Virus record (IMG/VR): IMGVR_UViG_3300033565_000024
Reading direction: 5' to 3' (one strand)
DNA from: a virus
DNA length: 48,298 nt
Positions 17,724 to 27,800 of the stretch are shown here, in pieces. The notes under the pieces are model-generated. The model was given only the letters and a program-made list of their open reading frames with translations, did no database searches and was not told the DNA's origin. Position 1 is the first letter of the stretch, and each line of letters starts with the position of its first letter. The position numbers and the translations under genes are program-made.

Positions 17724-17922
17724 CAGGCTCAAATACAATTGTGTTGCCCTGGTTTGGAAGCGGGACAAGGTGTTTGTTTTCTCCAGAAAGAATTTCGTAT
17801 GGAATATCTTCAAAAGCCTTGCAGGACAAATCAATCCTGTTTAGGTGTTTGCAATTTGCACAACTGGAAACATACGGATTGTATATTTCGTGCCTGTCAT
17901 CAATTTGATATATATCACTCAT
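17716..17922 (-). CDS. Hypothetical Cys-containing protein
   Basis: 68 aa. Last gene of the minus-strand cassette. Convergent 8-bp overlap with MuF. Confidence 0.5.
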   Translation of the reverse strand: MSDIYQIDDRHEIYNPYVSSCANCKHLNRIDLSCKAFEDIPYEILSGENKHLVPLPNQGNTIVFEPAI

Positions 17923-17940
17923 CTTACTGCGTTGTTTTAG

Positions 17941-18042
17941 TTAATTAAAAATCCATTTCACCAGCTCTATCAATCCAATTATCACCAGGATGATAAGCCC
18001 AAGGATCAGGTTTGCTTTGTGTCGCTGTTTGATTGTTTGCAT
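17941..18042 (-). CDS. Possible 33-aa single-TM peptide
   Basis: Hand-translated MQTIKQRHKANLILGLIILVIIGLIELVKWIFN. Fills a gap in the minus-strand cassette. Confidence 0.3.
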   Translation of the reverse strand: MQTIKQRHKANLILGLIILVIIGLIELVKWIFN

Positions 18043-18065
18043 GTTACTATCTGTTAGCCACAATT

Positions 18066-18257
18066 CTATTCTTCATCTATAACTACAACCTTATCGCGTG
18101 ATAAAACTTCACCTCCGAGTTCCTCTATGAAATTTATTTCTTTAATGTATGCGCTATTTACAAGGCCGTAGGAAAAGTCTGTAACTCTTTCAGAAACGAA
18201 CACATCCATGTTATCGGGAAATTCGTTTAATTTTTCTTTTAGTTGCTTAGCTGTCAT
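18066..18257 (-). CDS. Hypothetical protein
   Basis: 63-aa acidic ORF, co-oriented in the cassette. Confidence 0.55.
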   Translation of the reverse strand: MTAKQLKEKLNEFPDNMDVFVSERVTDFSYGLVNSAYIKEINFIEELGGEVLSRDKVVVIDEE

Positions 18258-18284
18258 GTTGTGATTGTTTGCATAAAAATCAAC

Positions 18285-18527
18285 CTATAGGTTTATTCTC
18301 TGCTTTGCCCTCAGCACCTCTACCCTTTTAAGTGTGAATTTCTGATTTACAAATTTACCTGTTTTTTTGAAGGTTTCTTCATGCCGGTAAAAATCATGGA
18401 GTGTTATCCCCAACTGTTCGGGTGTTAAAAGGCGATACATGGCTACAAGAGAACCAAAATAAAACTGCTGGCCGGTCTTGAGCGTGACTTGAAGGATGTT
18501 GATTGTAGTGAGGTTCTCTGGGGTCAT
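18285..18527 (-). CDS. Hypothetical protein
   Basis: 80-aa ORF, 1 bp from the upstream gene. Confidence 0.55.
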   Translation of the reverse strand: MTPENLTTINILQVTLKTGQQFYFGSLVAMYRLLTPEQLGITLHDFYRHEETFKKTGKFVNQKFTLKRVEVLRAKQRINL

Positions 18528-18528
18528 A

Positions 18529-18969
18529 TCAAACTTGTATGTGATCTGTAATATCCGGAAAGTCCCAAAAGCTCAGTTTGCCTTTGGCCGGGATTGGATT
18601 ATCAAATAGGATTGGATTGGCAAGTACCCAGTTGTAGATTATTTGCTCCGAAATTGGTTTCTTTTGCTCTTCAGCAAAATGTTGGTAAGATTTTTCAGCC
18701 CAAATGCTCGAATGATTAATCACACAGTCAACTATTTCGACTGAGCCGATAATTGCCGAATTTGGAAGTAAATTGCTTTCTACCAACATTCTTTGGCCGT
18801 AGCTGAGCTTTCTCCACTGCACGTATAAAGGATTTAGTTTAACGGGTTTTGCGCTGGCATGAATTAATACCCGCCCCCGGAATTTAGTTGGCCAGGTTCG
18901 GTTCTCGATGTCTTTCAATCCTGAGCATATAAGATATGCATATGGCTGTTTTATGGTGATTGTTTTCAT
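18529..18969 (-). CDS. ASCH-domain protein
   Basis: MKTITIKQPYAYLICSGLKDIENRTW N-terminus, typical of the ASCH / PUA-like fold. Confidence 0.6.
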   Translation of the reverse strand: MKTITIKQPYAYLICSGLKDIENRTWPTKFRGRVLIHASAKPVKLNPLYVQWRKLSYGQRMLVESNLLPNSAIIGSVEIVDCVINHSSIWAEKSYQHFAEEQKKPISEQIIYNWVLANPILFDNPIPAKGKLSFWDFPDITDHIQV

Positions 18970-18973
18970 AATT

Positions 18974-19087
18974 TCAGCATGTAAATTTTAAAATCAACAT
19001 AACAACAAAGAATGCAATTGCAGCAGCCGTACTGGTTGCGATAACGGCACAGATGCCGGTGGGTTTAAAATTGGTTTGTGTTTTCAT
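18974..19087 (-). CDS. Possible 37-aa hydrophobic peptide
   Basis: Hand-translated MKTQTNFKPTGICAVIATSTAAAIAFFVVMLILKFTC. Confidence 0.3.
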   Translation of the reverse strand: MKTQTNFKPTGICAVIATSTAAAIAFFVVMLILKFTC

Positions 19088-19093
19088 AATTGA

Positions 19094-19471
19094 TTATTTA
19101 AAAATTTCTAACTGATCTCTCTTCCATTTTCGGCCATACTTCCGATTATTGACATGCTGGTGTATGTCAAGCTTTAAATGGCATCGCTGACAAAGTGCTG
19201 CAAGGTTGTTATCAGCACTATTATTGTGATCATGGTCCAGGTGTGCGACCGTAAGTACAATTTTGAAAAACTTAACCCCATCCAGCGCCATAGCATCAGC
19301 TTCATGTCCTTTCGGTGCAAGTAGCCAGGCTGAGCTGTTTTTATAAGGCCTGTATATCAAAGCATGGTTTGGAACATGGCACTCAACACAGCGGTTACGA
19401 TCCCGCTCAAGGATTCGCGGCCGTATTTCTGTAAACCAGTTTTTGGGATATTCGGAATAATCAATCGGCAT
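19094..19471 (-). CDS. HNH endonuclease
   Basis: CVECH...HLDHDHNNSADNNLAALCQRCHLKLD. Start placed at Met-13 (19471) because the longer ORF would run through the palindrome at 19481-19495. Confidence 0.85.
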   Translation of the reverse strand: MPIDYSEYPKNWFTEIRPRILERDRNRCVECHVPNHALIYRPYKNSSAWLLAPKGHEADAMALDGVKFFKIVLTVAHLDHDHNNSADNNLAALCQRCHLKLDIHQHVNNRKYGRKWKRDQLEIFK

Positions 19472-19480
19472 AACATTAAT

Positions 19481-19495
19481 TTGTCTATTGGACAA
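19481..19495. promoter_or_regulatory. Palindrome copy TTGTCTATTGGACAA 10 bp upstream of the HNH start
   Basis: Same 15-mer family, in the divergent intergenic region 19472-19662. Confidence 0.45.
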
Positions 19496-19608
19496 ATTTA
19501 CAAACAATATTCACAAATAGTGTATAGGAATGTAAATATATTTCTTTTACCATCAATCAATTAACGTAAATATGTGGCGCACACATAAATAGAGTTATGT
19601 TTTTCGTA

Positions 19609-19640
19609 TTGTCTATCAGACAAATTACACGCTAATTTTG
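19609..19640 (+). promoter_or_regulatory. Perfect palindrome TTGTCTATCAGACAA + 9 bp + TAATTTTG (promoter of head genes)
   Basis: 19609-19623 and 19633-19640. ATG at 19663. Confidence 0.65.
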
Positions 19641-19662
19641 TCACAACCAATACAAAATACAC

Positions 19663-20343
19663 ATGAAAGTTAAAATTTTAGCACAACTGAAAAAACAATT
19701 CCCAGGGGTGCCTAACAACTTACTCGACAGGGTTGCTTCGGTTCTCGAAAAAACTGTCACAAAAGAAGAAGACATCGAAACGGCGGTAAATGCTTCAGCC
19801 GGGTTGGTGCAGGAATTCAGCGCTTTCCATCAAAGTGAGGCAGACAGGCGGGTAACCGAAGCTGTTCTGAAACGCGAAGCTGAGTTAAAGGCAGAACTCG
19901 AAAAAAAAGGAACCCCCAAACCGGGGGAGCAAAAACCCGATGTTCCCGAATGGGCGCAAGCTCTCATTGATTCAAACAAAGCTCTTGCTGAGAAAGTAGC
20001 AAATTATGAAAGTGCCAACTCGCAAAAGACCCTTTCTGAAAAGCTTGTTGCAATGCTCAATGAAAAGAAGATACCTGCAACATTTTTCGTAAACTCTATC
20101 GAGGGAAAAACATTTAAAGATGAGGCAGAAATGCTCTCATTCGCCGCTAAAATCGAAACCAACTTTAATGAGTTCAATCAGGAACTAATTGAAAAGGGGT
20201 TGATGCAGGTAAGCACACCTATACTTGGCGGCCAAAATAAAGACGGACTTTCAACTCCGGTTCAGTCCTTTGTTGAGTCAAAGAAAGCTGAAGCAGAGGG
20301 GAAAGCATCACCAACAAGCTCACTTGGGGGTAAGCAATTGTAA
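19663..20343 (+). CDS. Putative scaffolding protein
   Basis: 226 aa, charged and helical (EAELKAELEKK). Position upstream of the capsid genes. Confidence 0.5.
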   Translation: MKVKILAQLKKQFPGVPNNLLDRVASVLEKTVTKEEDIETAVNASAGLVQEFSAFHQSEADRRVTEAVLKREAELKAELEKKGTPKPGEQKPDVPEWAQALIDSNKALAEKVANYESANSQKTLSEKLVAMLNEKKIPATFFVNSIEGKTFKDEAEMLSFAAKIETNFNEFNQELIEKGLMQVSTPILGGQNKDGLSTPVQSFVESKKAEAEGKASPTSSLGGKQL

Positions 20344-20376
20344 TTCTCACATTCATTAACCAACTCATTCAAAAAA

Positions 20377-20952
20377 ATGCAAAACTCACAAACCTCAGAC
20401 ACTCGCGGATTAGTGGTTTTCGTAAAGAAAATCGAAGATATCCCCGGTGGAGTTACACTGGCTGCTGCTGATGTAACACAGGCGATTGTGGCTGCTGGCA
20501 CCCCCGTTGGAAAGGATGCAAATGGTTTGTTTCATGTAGTCAAAACCGCTAAGGCTCAGGCTAATGCTGCAAACAATGCAACCGCTTACAAAGTGCTGAA
20601 AGGTCACAATTTCAAAGTTGGGAATTTCCTGACTACAGGATTGCTGAAAATAGCTTATGCCATTACAGCAATTGACACTTCAAACGCTGATTACGACACG
20701 CTCACCGTTGGGACTACCCTGGGAGTAGCTGTAGCAGCCGGTGATGTATTGATCGAAGCCGCTGCTGAAGCAACCGGCAACACTTCCGCATGGAAGGTAA
20801 CCCCTTACGGTCTGACCGGATCCGGTCTTGATATCGTTTCAGGAAACAACCACCTGGTTGATGTAATTGTACGCGGAAGTGTTCGCGAAAGCGCTATCGT
20901 TCCGATTCATGCAGACATCAAGACTGTTCTCACTCACATTCGTTTCGTTTAA
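20377..20952 (+). CDS. Putative head decoration / accessory capsid protein
   Basis: 191 aa, Ala/Gly/Thr-rich, directly precedes the capsid gene as D precedes E in lambda. Assigned by position only. Confidence 0.35.
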   Translation: MQNSQTSDTRGLVVFVKKIEDIPGGVTLAAADVTQAIVAAGTPVGKDANGLFHVVKTAKAQANAANNATAYKVLKGHNFKVGNFLTTGLLKIAYAITAIDTSNADYDTLTVGTTLGVAVAAGDVLIEAAAEATGNTSAWKVTPYGLTGSGLDIVSGNNHLVDVIVRGSVRESAIVPIHADIKTVLTHIRFV

Positions 20953-20971
20953 TCCTTAAAAGAAAGAAAAA

Positions 20972-22057
20972 ATGAAAAGCTTAATGGTACATCTTTCCGA
21001 CAAGGAAATAATTGCTTTGGTTCAGACCTTGAATTTCAATCAATACCTGTGGCCTACATTGTGCCCTCTGAAATTCACCCCTCACCTCACATGGAGAGCA
21101 TTGCAGGCAGAAATCGGGGTACCGGTAGCTGCTGATGTTGTTTCGTACAACGCAACTGCACCGCGTAAAACCCGCAGGGTTGTTTCAAAAGCAACCGGAG
21201 ATATTCCTAAAATCAGCATCGCCCGTGAAAAAACCGAAAACGAATTGAATGAGTATAACAGCTTGCTGCAGTATGCTCAGACAACCGAAGGCGGCCAGGC
21301 TCTGATTGACTATGTGTATGATGACCTGAAATTCGTATGGGACGGTGTTTCCGCACGTTTGGAATGGCTCATGCTTCGCGGATTATCAACCGGTAAAGTT
21401 TCCCTGGATGCTGCAAACAATAACGGTATCGTCACAGAAACCGCTGTTGACTTCCTGATTCCTTCAGCTCAGAAAGCTGGCGTTTCAGTTGTATGGAGCC
21501 TGGCAAACAAAGCAACCGCACTGCCTATTTCAAACATCAAAGCTGCTGTTGCAGCAATGAAGAAAAAAGGCAAGAAAGTAAATTACATGCTGATGGATCA
21601 GACCACATTCGACATCCTTGCCGTTTGTGACGAGACTGTGAAGTTTGCAAGCTCATGGGTACTTTCGGCTACCAGCCTGACACAAACCCCCAGCCTTGCA
21701 TCTGTAAATGCAGCTTTATCCGGAGCCGGTCTGCCTATGATCAAGATCGTGGACACCTACGTTACAATCGAGAAAAATGACGGAACACAAACCGTTGTAT
21801 CTCCTTTCGAAACCGGTGCAGTATGTTTCCTTCCTTCGCTGACCCCTGGCCGTACTTACAACGCTCCTCTTGCTGATGAGAACATCAACTCAAGCCAGGC
21901 GTTCAGAGTAAAACAGGGCCCAGTGCTTATCAAAAAGTATGCAGTTGAAGAGCCGCTGACAGAGGTTACCATTGGCATGGCCAATGCATTCCCTGTTATC
22001 AGCGAAGCTATGAACATGTATCTTCTTGACACTCTTCACGGCACATTCACATTCTAA
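20972..22057 (+). CDS. Major capsid protein (lambda gpE-like family by size and position)
   Basis: 361 aa. Followed by a strong GC hairpin. Gene order scaffold, decoration, capsid. Confidence 0.75.
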   Translation: MKSLMVHLSDKEIIALVQTLNFNQYLWPTLCPLKFTPHLTWRALQAEIGVPVAADVVSYNATAPRKTRRVVSKATGDIPKISIAREKTENELNEYNSLLQYAQTTEGGQALIDYVYDDLKFVWDGVSARLEWLMLRGLSTGKVSLDAANNNGIVTETAVDFLIPSAQKAGVSVVWSLANKATALPISNIKAAVAAMKKKGKKVNYMLMDQTTFDILAVCDETVKFASSWVLSATSLTQTPSLASVNAALSGAGLPMIKIVDTYVTIEKNDGTQTVVSPFETGAVCFLPSLTPGRTYNAPLADENINSSQAFRVKQGPVLIKKYAVEEPLTEVTIGMANAFPVISEAMNMYLLDTLHGTFTF

Positions 22058-22064
22058 CATTGAG

Positions 22065-22082
22065 GGGCCGGGCAACCGGCCC
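22065..22082 (+). terminator. GC-rich hairpin gggccgg-gcaa-ccggccc after the capsid gene (no T tract)
   Basis: 7-bp G/C stem with GNRA loop, 8 bp after the stop. Confidence 0.45.
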
Positions 22083-22102
22083 TACAATAACTCTCCAGTC
22101 AC

Positions 22103-22417
22103 ATGACAAACTACGAAGCGGTAAAAGCACAAATTGCGCCTTTCACAGCGGACAAGCTGACAATCGAAAAGGAAATGATTGATGCAGGGATTAATTCTGC
22201 TGATAGTTATTCCGCTTCTGGAAAAACAGCCATTGCCCAGATTTCTGTGAATGTACTTAACGGCTTTCTTGCACTTGCTTCTGAGAGTGAGGGGGGGTTT
22301 TCGCGGTCTTTTGATAAAGAAGGATTACGATCAAAGATTGACAGCATTTCAAGGGCAAACAATCTTTCTGTAAGTGATGTATCCAATATAATTCGTGATA
22401 AATCAGACATGTGGTGA
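22103..22417 (+). CDS. Putative head-tail connector protein
   Basis: 104 aa. Position after the capsid gene. Confidence 0.4.
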   Translation: MTNYEAVKAQIAPFTADKLTIEKEMIDAGINSADSYSASGKTAIAQISVNVLNGFLALASESEGGFSRSFDKEGLRSKIDSISRANNLSVSDVSNIIRDKSDMW

Positions 22418-22740
22418 TGAGCAGGTACCCGCACACTTTATATGTTGCTGAGAACTCAACTGATACCGTTCAGAATCAGGATGGTAACTGGGAGCCAACA
22501 GCCGCGCCATATGCCGTTGTGTCGGAGTGCCGCGAGGAACCAAATGGATCGGGAAGGATGGTAATACTTGCAGACGGTAAAGCTTTTCAGTACTCCTCAA
22601 TCATTTACTTGCCTGACTTCGATTCCGATTTGAATTCGGAGTTTACAGTAAAGGTTGTAGATGAAACTGGTAATACCAGGATTGAAGGTAAAGTTGCAAG
22701 GGTTGTGAAAGACCGTAAAAATTGCAGGATATGGGTATAA
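22411..22740 (+). CDS. Putative head closure / head-tail adaptor
   Basis: 109 aa. Overlapping start and stop with neighbours. Confidence 0.4.
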   Translation: MVMSRYPHTLYVAENSTDTVQNQDGNWEPTAAPYAVVSECREEPNGSGRMVILADGKAFQYSSIIYLPDFDSDLNSEFTVKVVDETGNTRIEGKVARVVKDRKNCRIWV

Positions 22741-23177
22741 AGGCAAATTTCACATCAGTTGATGTTGCCAACATGTTAAAGGCAAGGTCAAAAAGCATTG
22801 AGCAGGCTATCCTTATGAGGCTCACAATGCTGGGGGAAAGATGTGTAAATACAGCCCGTTCCAGTTCAGATTATACGGACCGTACCGGGAACCTTCGCAG
22901 CTCAATCGGATATGTAGTGATGGCAAATGGGAAGCAGGTGAAAGGCAATTTCCTATCCTCCATTAAAGGAGAAGAAGGTGAACATGCAGCAAGGTCATTG
23001 GCAGAATTGATCTCAAGTCGTTTTGCAACCGGTTATGCTCTTATTGTTGTTGCAGGGATGGATTACGCTTATTATGTTGAATCGACTGGCCGCGATGTGC
23101 TGTCAAGCGCTGAACACTATGCAGAAACACACCTTCCAACTATGTTACGACAGCTCACTAAAAAACTCAAATCATGA
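22722..23177 (+). CDS. HK97 gp10-like tail completion protein
   Basis: TDRTGNLRSSIGY motif. 151 aa. Confidence 0.5.
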   Translation: MQDMGIKANFTSVDVANMLKARSKSIEQAILMRLTMLGERCVNTARSSSDYTDRTGNLRSSIGYVVMANGKQVKGNFLSSIKGEEGEHAARSLAELISSRFATGYALIVVAGMDYAYYVESTGRDVLSSAEHYAETHLPTMLRQLTKKLKS

Positions 23178-23581
23178 TTACCACTTTGGAAATACTCGAT
23201 CTGATTTACGGTGAACTGAAAGGATCAGAACTGGACATTGCTGCAAACGGAGGTCTTTACAAAATGCAAAGTCCATTTGATTCTAACAAGGAAGACATTG
23301 TAATTAATTGCCTGCCTGTTACGAATGAGCAAATTCAAAAGGCTACTGTCAATGTGAATATCTATGTCCCTGACTTGAAGGTGCGAATCTCTGGCAAACA
23401 ACAAACTGTTCCCGATATAGAAAGGCTACAGTTTCTGGCTGCAAAAGCAGTACAAAAGCTCGAATCGATCTACTATGCAGGATACAGCATTGAAGTTTCT
23501 CATCAGGGTTTACTCAAAGAAGAAGCTGTGAATCAGCATTTTGTTAACATCAGAATTGAATTCAGATTCATTAATCTCTAA
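23174..23581 (+). CDS. Putative tail terminator / tail completion protein
   Basis: 135 aa, ATGA overlap. Position before the tail tube gene. Confidence 0.4.
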   Translation: MITTLEILDLIYGELKGSELDIAANGGLYKMQSPFDSNKEDIVINCLPVTNEQIQKATVNVNIYVPDLKVRISGKQQTVPDIERLQFLAAKAVQKLESIYYAGYSIEVSHQGLLKEEAVNQHFVNIRIEFRFINL

Positions 23582-23592
23582 ATTTCAAAAAA

Positions 23593-24078
23593 ATGGCATA
23601 TACTTATGGATTAGCCGGAATATATATCGCCCCTATTGCTGGCGATGGTGGCCCTGGGACCGTGTTCACCCTGTTGGGTAAGACAAACCCTGGTACCACA
23701 AAGATCACTACCGACAAAGGAACCAAAACTGAGAAGTTCTGCGAAGAATCATCGGATCCTCTTGTTTCTATCCCGGGAAACCGGACCAAAACAATCGAGT
23801 TTCAACTCATAGTTGAGGGTGTTGCTACTTTAGAGTCTGTACTGGGCGGAAGTAGCGCTGCCGGAGTATGGTCAGAACCTGACGCAGTACCAGTGATTGA
23901 AAAAACGCTGAAAATGGCACCCCAGGCCGGTGGAACGATTATCTTCAACCGCGTGTCATTCGATTGCGCCCTGAACGCTACCCTTTCTAAAGAAGGCGAT
24001 CTGTTCTATGTCGACTGCGTTGCAACGGTGCTTCAACCCACCAAGGTGGGAGTTAAAAAGATGACTTTCACGGAGTAA
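23593..24078 (+). CDS. Major tail (tube) protein
   Basis: 161 aa. Precedes the chaperone and tape measure genes. Followed by a terminator-like hairpin. Confidence 0.6.
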   Translation: MAYTYGLAGIYIAPIAGDGGPGTVFTLLGKTNPGTTKITTDKGTKTEKFCEESSDPLVSIPGNRTKTIEFQLIVEGVATLESVLGGSSAAGVWSEPDAVPVIEKTLKMAPQAGGTIIFNRVSFDCALNATLSKEGDLFYVDCVATVLQPTKVGVKKMTFTE

Positions 24079-24095
24079 AATCTCAGGTTAAAACA

Positions 24096-24126
24096 GGGGG
24101 ATTCAGTTCCCCCTTTACTTTTTTTA
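24096..24126 (+). terminator. Intrinsic terminator/attenuator ggggga-ttcagt-tccccc + T tract
   Basis: Stem 24096-24113, then tttactttttttac. Confidence 0.55.
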
Positions 24127-24132
24127 CACGAT

Positions 24133-24612
24133 ATGAAAAACACCGAAGAAAAAGCAACTGACATACTTCAGAACAAGGGCATACAATTCACTGTTCCCCG
24201 AAAATCTATTTTCAGGCACTTGAAGAAAAACAGGGAGTTGACAATAAGACCCAGCTATTTGGGTACGCTTTACGAAATAAGCCGGCTTGCAATTAAATTA
24301 AATTTCGATGAAAAGCTTATCGAAAATGATCCATTTTATGAATCAAGGGTGCTGATAGAAAAGCACGTAAAAAGCATGGCCTTGATTGTGGCCATTGCCG
24401 CTCTAAACTCTCAGTTCAAAATAAAGCTTTTCAAAGGAATTTTAAGCTGGTACCTGTATTGGCATCTCACGCCTGAAACGTTGTTTTCCCTTTCATTGCA
24501 GGTTGTTGAACTTAATAACCTTCAGGATTTTATGAGTTCTATCAGATCAATAAGGGGCTGGAGGATAACTCAGCCCAAAAGCGATCTGAGCCCGACAGGA
24601 AACGGGGGTTAA
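24133..24612 (+). CDS. Tail assembly chaperone (G-like)
   Basis: 159 aa between the tube and tape measure genes. Its -1 frame stays open to the tape measure start. Confidence 0.6.
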   Translation: MKNTEEKATDILQNKGIQFTVPRKSIFRHLKKNRELTIRPSYLGTLYEISRLAIKLNFDEKLIENDPFYESRVLIEKHVKSMALIVAIAALNSQFKIKLFKGILSWYLYWHLTPETLFSLSLQVVELNNLQDFMSSIRSIRGWRITQPKSDLSPTGNGG

Positions 24613-24836
24613 ATAGCCCGTTTGGACTTGAGGCTTCCATATGCTCTCAGTTTCATTTAACACCTGAATATCTGCACTGGAATATCACATGGGTACGGAT
24701 TCAATTGATGCTTGCAGATATGCCGTGGTACGACTATTCAGGTGAAGCAAAAAATACAGATAAAGAATCAAAGTCATTTGATGATTTTGAAAGACCGGAA
24801 GACCTCAGAAAGTATTTAGAATCAATGAACGAATAA
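24609..24836 (+). CDS. -1 frame extension of the tail chaperone (T part of a G-T fusion)
   Basis: The frame one base back is open from at least 24540 to the stop at 24834-24836 (hand translated ...LNSPFGLEASICSQFHLTPEYLHWNITWVRIQLMLADMPWYDYSGEAKN...). Candidate slip at c-ggg-ggt-taa, 24603-24612. Confidence 0.5.
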   Translation, partial: LNSPFGLEASICSQFHLTPEYLHWNITWVRIQLMLADMPWYDYSGEAKNTDKESKSFDDFERPEDLRKYLESMNE

Positions 24837-24837
24837 G

Positions 24838-27800
24838 ATGGATGAGATAAACGGAGCACTTGCATTTTCCAGCACCCTCGATAATAAAGATATTTTAAGG
24901 CGGATCGAAGAGATAAAGCAAAAAATTAAGGGCACTACCGAGTTTGCCGAATCAGAATCGGGAAGGATTGACGGCACTTTCAAATCTATTGCCGCTGGCA
25001 TGGCCGGGGCGTTCACATTCGCCGCTGCTGCACAATTCAGGCAAAAGCTGATTGATGTGCGGGGGGAGTTTCAAAAGTTTGAAGCCATTCTTGCAAACAG
25101 CCTTGGTTCACAGCGCGAAGCTGCTGCAAGTATGGAAATGCTATCAGACGTTGCATCAAAAACACCCTTTCAGCTGGATCAGCTCACAGGCAGCTATGTA
25201 AAACTTGTGAATCAGGGATTCAAGCCTACGCGCGAAGAGCTTATCAAATTAGGTGATCTGGCAAGTTCTACAGGCAAAGGATTTGATCAGCTTGTCGAAG
25301 CCGTTCTGGATGCTCAAACCGGCCAGTTTGAAAGGCTAAAAGAGTTTGGAATCAAAGCCAGTGCATCAGGCGATCAAATTGCATTCTCATTTAAAGGCGT
25401 TACAACTACGGTTCAGAACTCGGGCGCCGCTATCCGGGATTACATGCTTTCATTAGGCGACATGCAGGGGGTAAAAGGATCCATGCAGGCTATCAGCAAA
25501 ACCCTTGTAGGGCAAGTTTCCAACCTTGAAGATGCCATCACTGCAATGTTCAACAAGATCGGAAGCCAGTCTGAAGGATTCCTTTCGGGGTCTATTTCGG
25601 CAACTAAATACCTGGTTGATAATTATACCGAAATAGGAAAAGCTGTTGAAATGTTGGTTATCACATACGGGGCATACAAGGCAGCAGTTGTTACAACTAC
25701 AGTAGTTGAGTCTGTAGCCATTTCGATGTCAAAAGGATGGACTGCATCCATGGCTCTTCAGTTTAAGTGGTTGCAAATTACAACAGCTGCTCAGAACCTG
25801 CTTAACAAAACCATGCTTGCAAATCCTTATGTTCTGGTAGCAACAGCGATTGCTGGGGTTGTAGCCTCATTGGTTATTTACGGGAATAAGCTTACTGCTG
25901 CCGAAAAGCTTGAGAAACAGCATTTAGAAATCAGACAACAATACACCGAAACATTAGACGAGGAAAAAGCCAAAACAGATGCGCTAATCTCTACTGTCAA
26001 CAACGAATCGCTGTCTAAAAAAACAAGGCTCAAAGCACTGCAGGACTTAAAGCAGGAGGCAGACGGGTACCTGGATAATTTAACTATTGAGAATTCAAGA
26101 ACCGCTGAAGGTGCCCGGCTGCTAAATGAATACAACAAAGCATTTGAGCGCAAAATATACTTGCAGGCGAATCAGGAAGAAAAGATCAAGCTCATCAAAG
26201 AAAAGAGGGAGCTTGAAAAGCAAAAGAACGAACTGCAGGATCAGATAGATGCGTTGGACAAACAGAAAAATAGCCCTCAGCTTACTCAGGGTAGCACTCT
26301 GGCGCCGGCATCATCATCAGATGTTGCTGATAATGCAAAGAGCCAGGCTCAGAATCAAAGAACAAAATTACTACAGCAGCAGACAGCAATTGCCTTACAA
26401 TTATCAAAGCTTGATAAAGAGGAAGCTGACCTGCAGGCTAAGACAATCGAAACGACAAAAAAAGCTGTCAAAGGTTACGAATCAGTTGGGGATAAAATTG
26501 CCGAAATTGATATTAAATTAAAAGGGTTGCAAAAGCAGCGCAATGATTTGAATGCGAATGATGCAAATTCAATCAACGCTATAGACCGGCAAATTGATGC
26601 TCTAAACAAGCAAAAGCAAAAGCTAGAAAATTCTGGCAAGTCATCAAACGCAACCGAAAAGGAAGACTTCAGCAAGCTGCTCGAAGATAAAAAAAGCATG
26701 TATGAGAGATATTATCTCATGTTGCGCACGATGGGAAAGTCTACTGCTAATGCCGAATTCAAGACTCTGATCGATAACGGTAAAACTTTTGAAGACTATC
26801 TCAAATCCAGCATTGATAAAATAGAAAGCAAAAAGGATGCAATTTCAGCAAAAGATAAAACAAGGCTTTCGCTGCTAAAAACCTATTATGCTGAAGTTTT
26901 GTACGAAAAAAGCAAAGCCGAGATTGATTTTGTAAATCCTAAGCCTTCAAAAACAGTGAAATCAAACGAGGGTGTAAAGGGAATCATGAACTCCTTTGAA
27001 ATGGCATCCAATCACGAAATGCAAGTGATAAGGCAAAACTCCGCTGATATTATTGAGATGGGCAGGAATGAGCTGAGAGCGTTTATGTCGAAGGTCAAAA
27101 CTAAAATTGACCTGATGAAAGCTGAAGGTAAGAATGTAGAGGAGCTTGAGTCTATCTATGCTCGTGCTAGCGCATCGCTCAAAACGATTAATGACAGAAG
27201 CAGTCAGATGTGGGCCGACCCATCCGCCTCTTTTGTAAAGCTCACACAATCAGTTAAAGAATTTGATAACGCATCCACTTTAGCCGAGCAAAATTCAGCC
27301 GCAAAAGACCTACTTAGTAGTGCATCTTCAGCTGCCATTGAATTACAAAACGACCTGACTGGAGTTATTGATATCATGTATAAACTTGGTGCTTTAACAG
27401 GAGAACAGGCCGATAGTTCAGTACAAGCTCTTAATTCTATAATGGGCATATCTAAGGCGATGGTGGATGTGTCTTTAGGCATTATATCAGGCAACATTGA
27501 CCAAGTGATTAAGGGGGCAATATCATACATTTCTAACGTGATAAGCTTACTAGATCGAAAGACTACAAAAATAGCTTCGCGACAGCGCGAGGTCACCAAC
27601 GAAATCGACAAAATGTCGAAAGCATATCAGTCTCTTGGCTATTACATGAAATTTGCCCTAGGCACAGATGCTTATAAAACGCAGCTTGAGCAATACAAGA
27701 TCAATGTTGCCGAAATGGCAAAATATGACGAATTGATCAATCTTGAAAGAAGCAAGAAGCGCAAAAAACAGAATCAGGATGACATTGATAGCTGGAATGA

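Noticed and set aside
24574-24580. C-CCA-AAA heptamer as the chaperone frameshift site
   Set aside because: In the zero frame the codons are ccc-aaa, so the heptamer is out of phase. A slip here would lead to the wrong frame.
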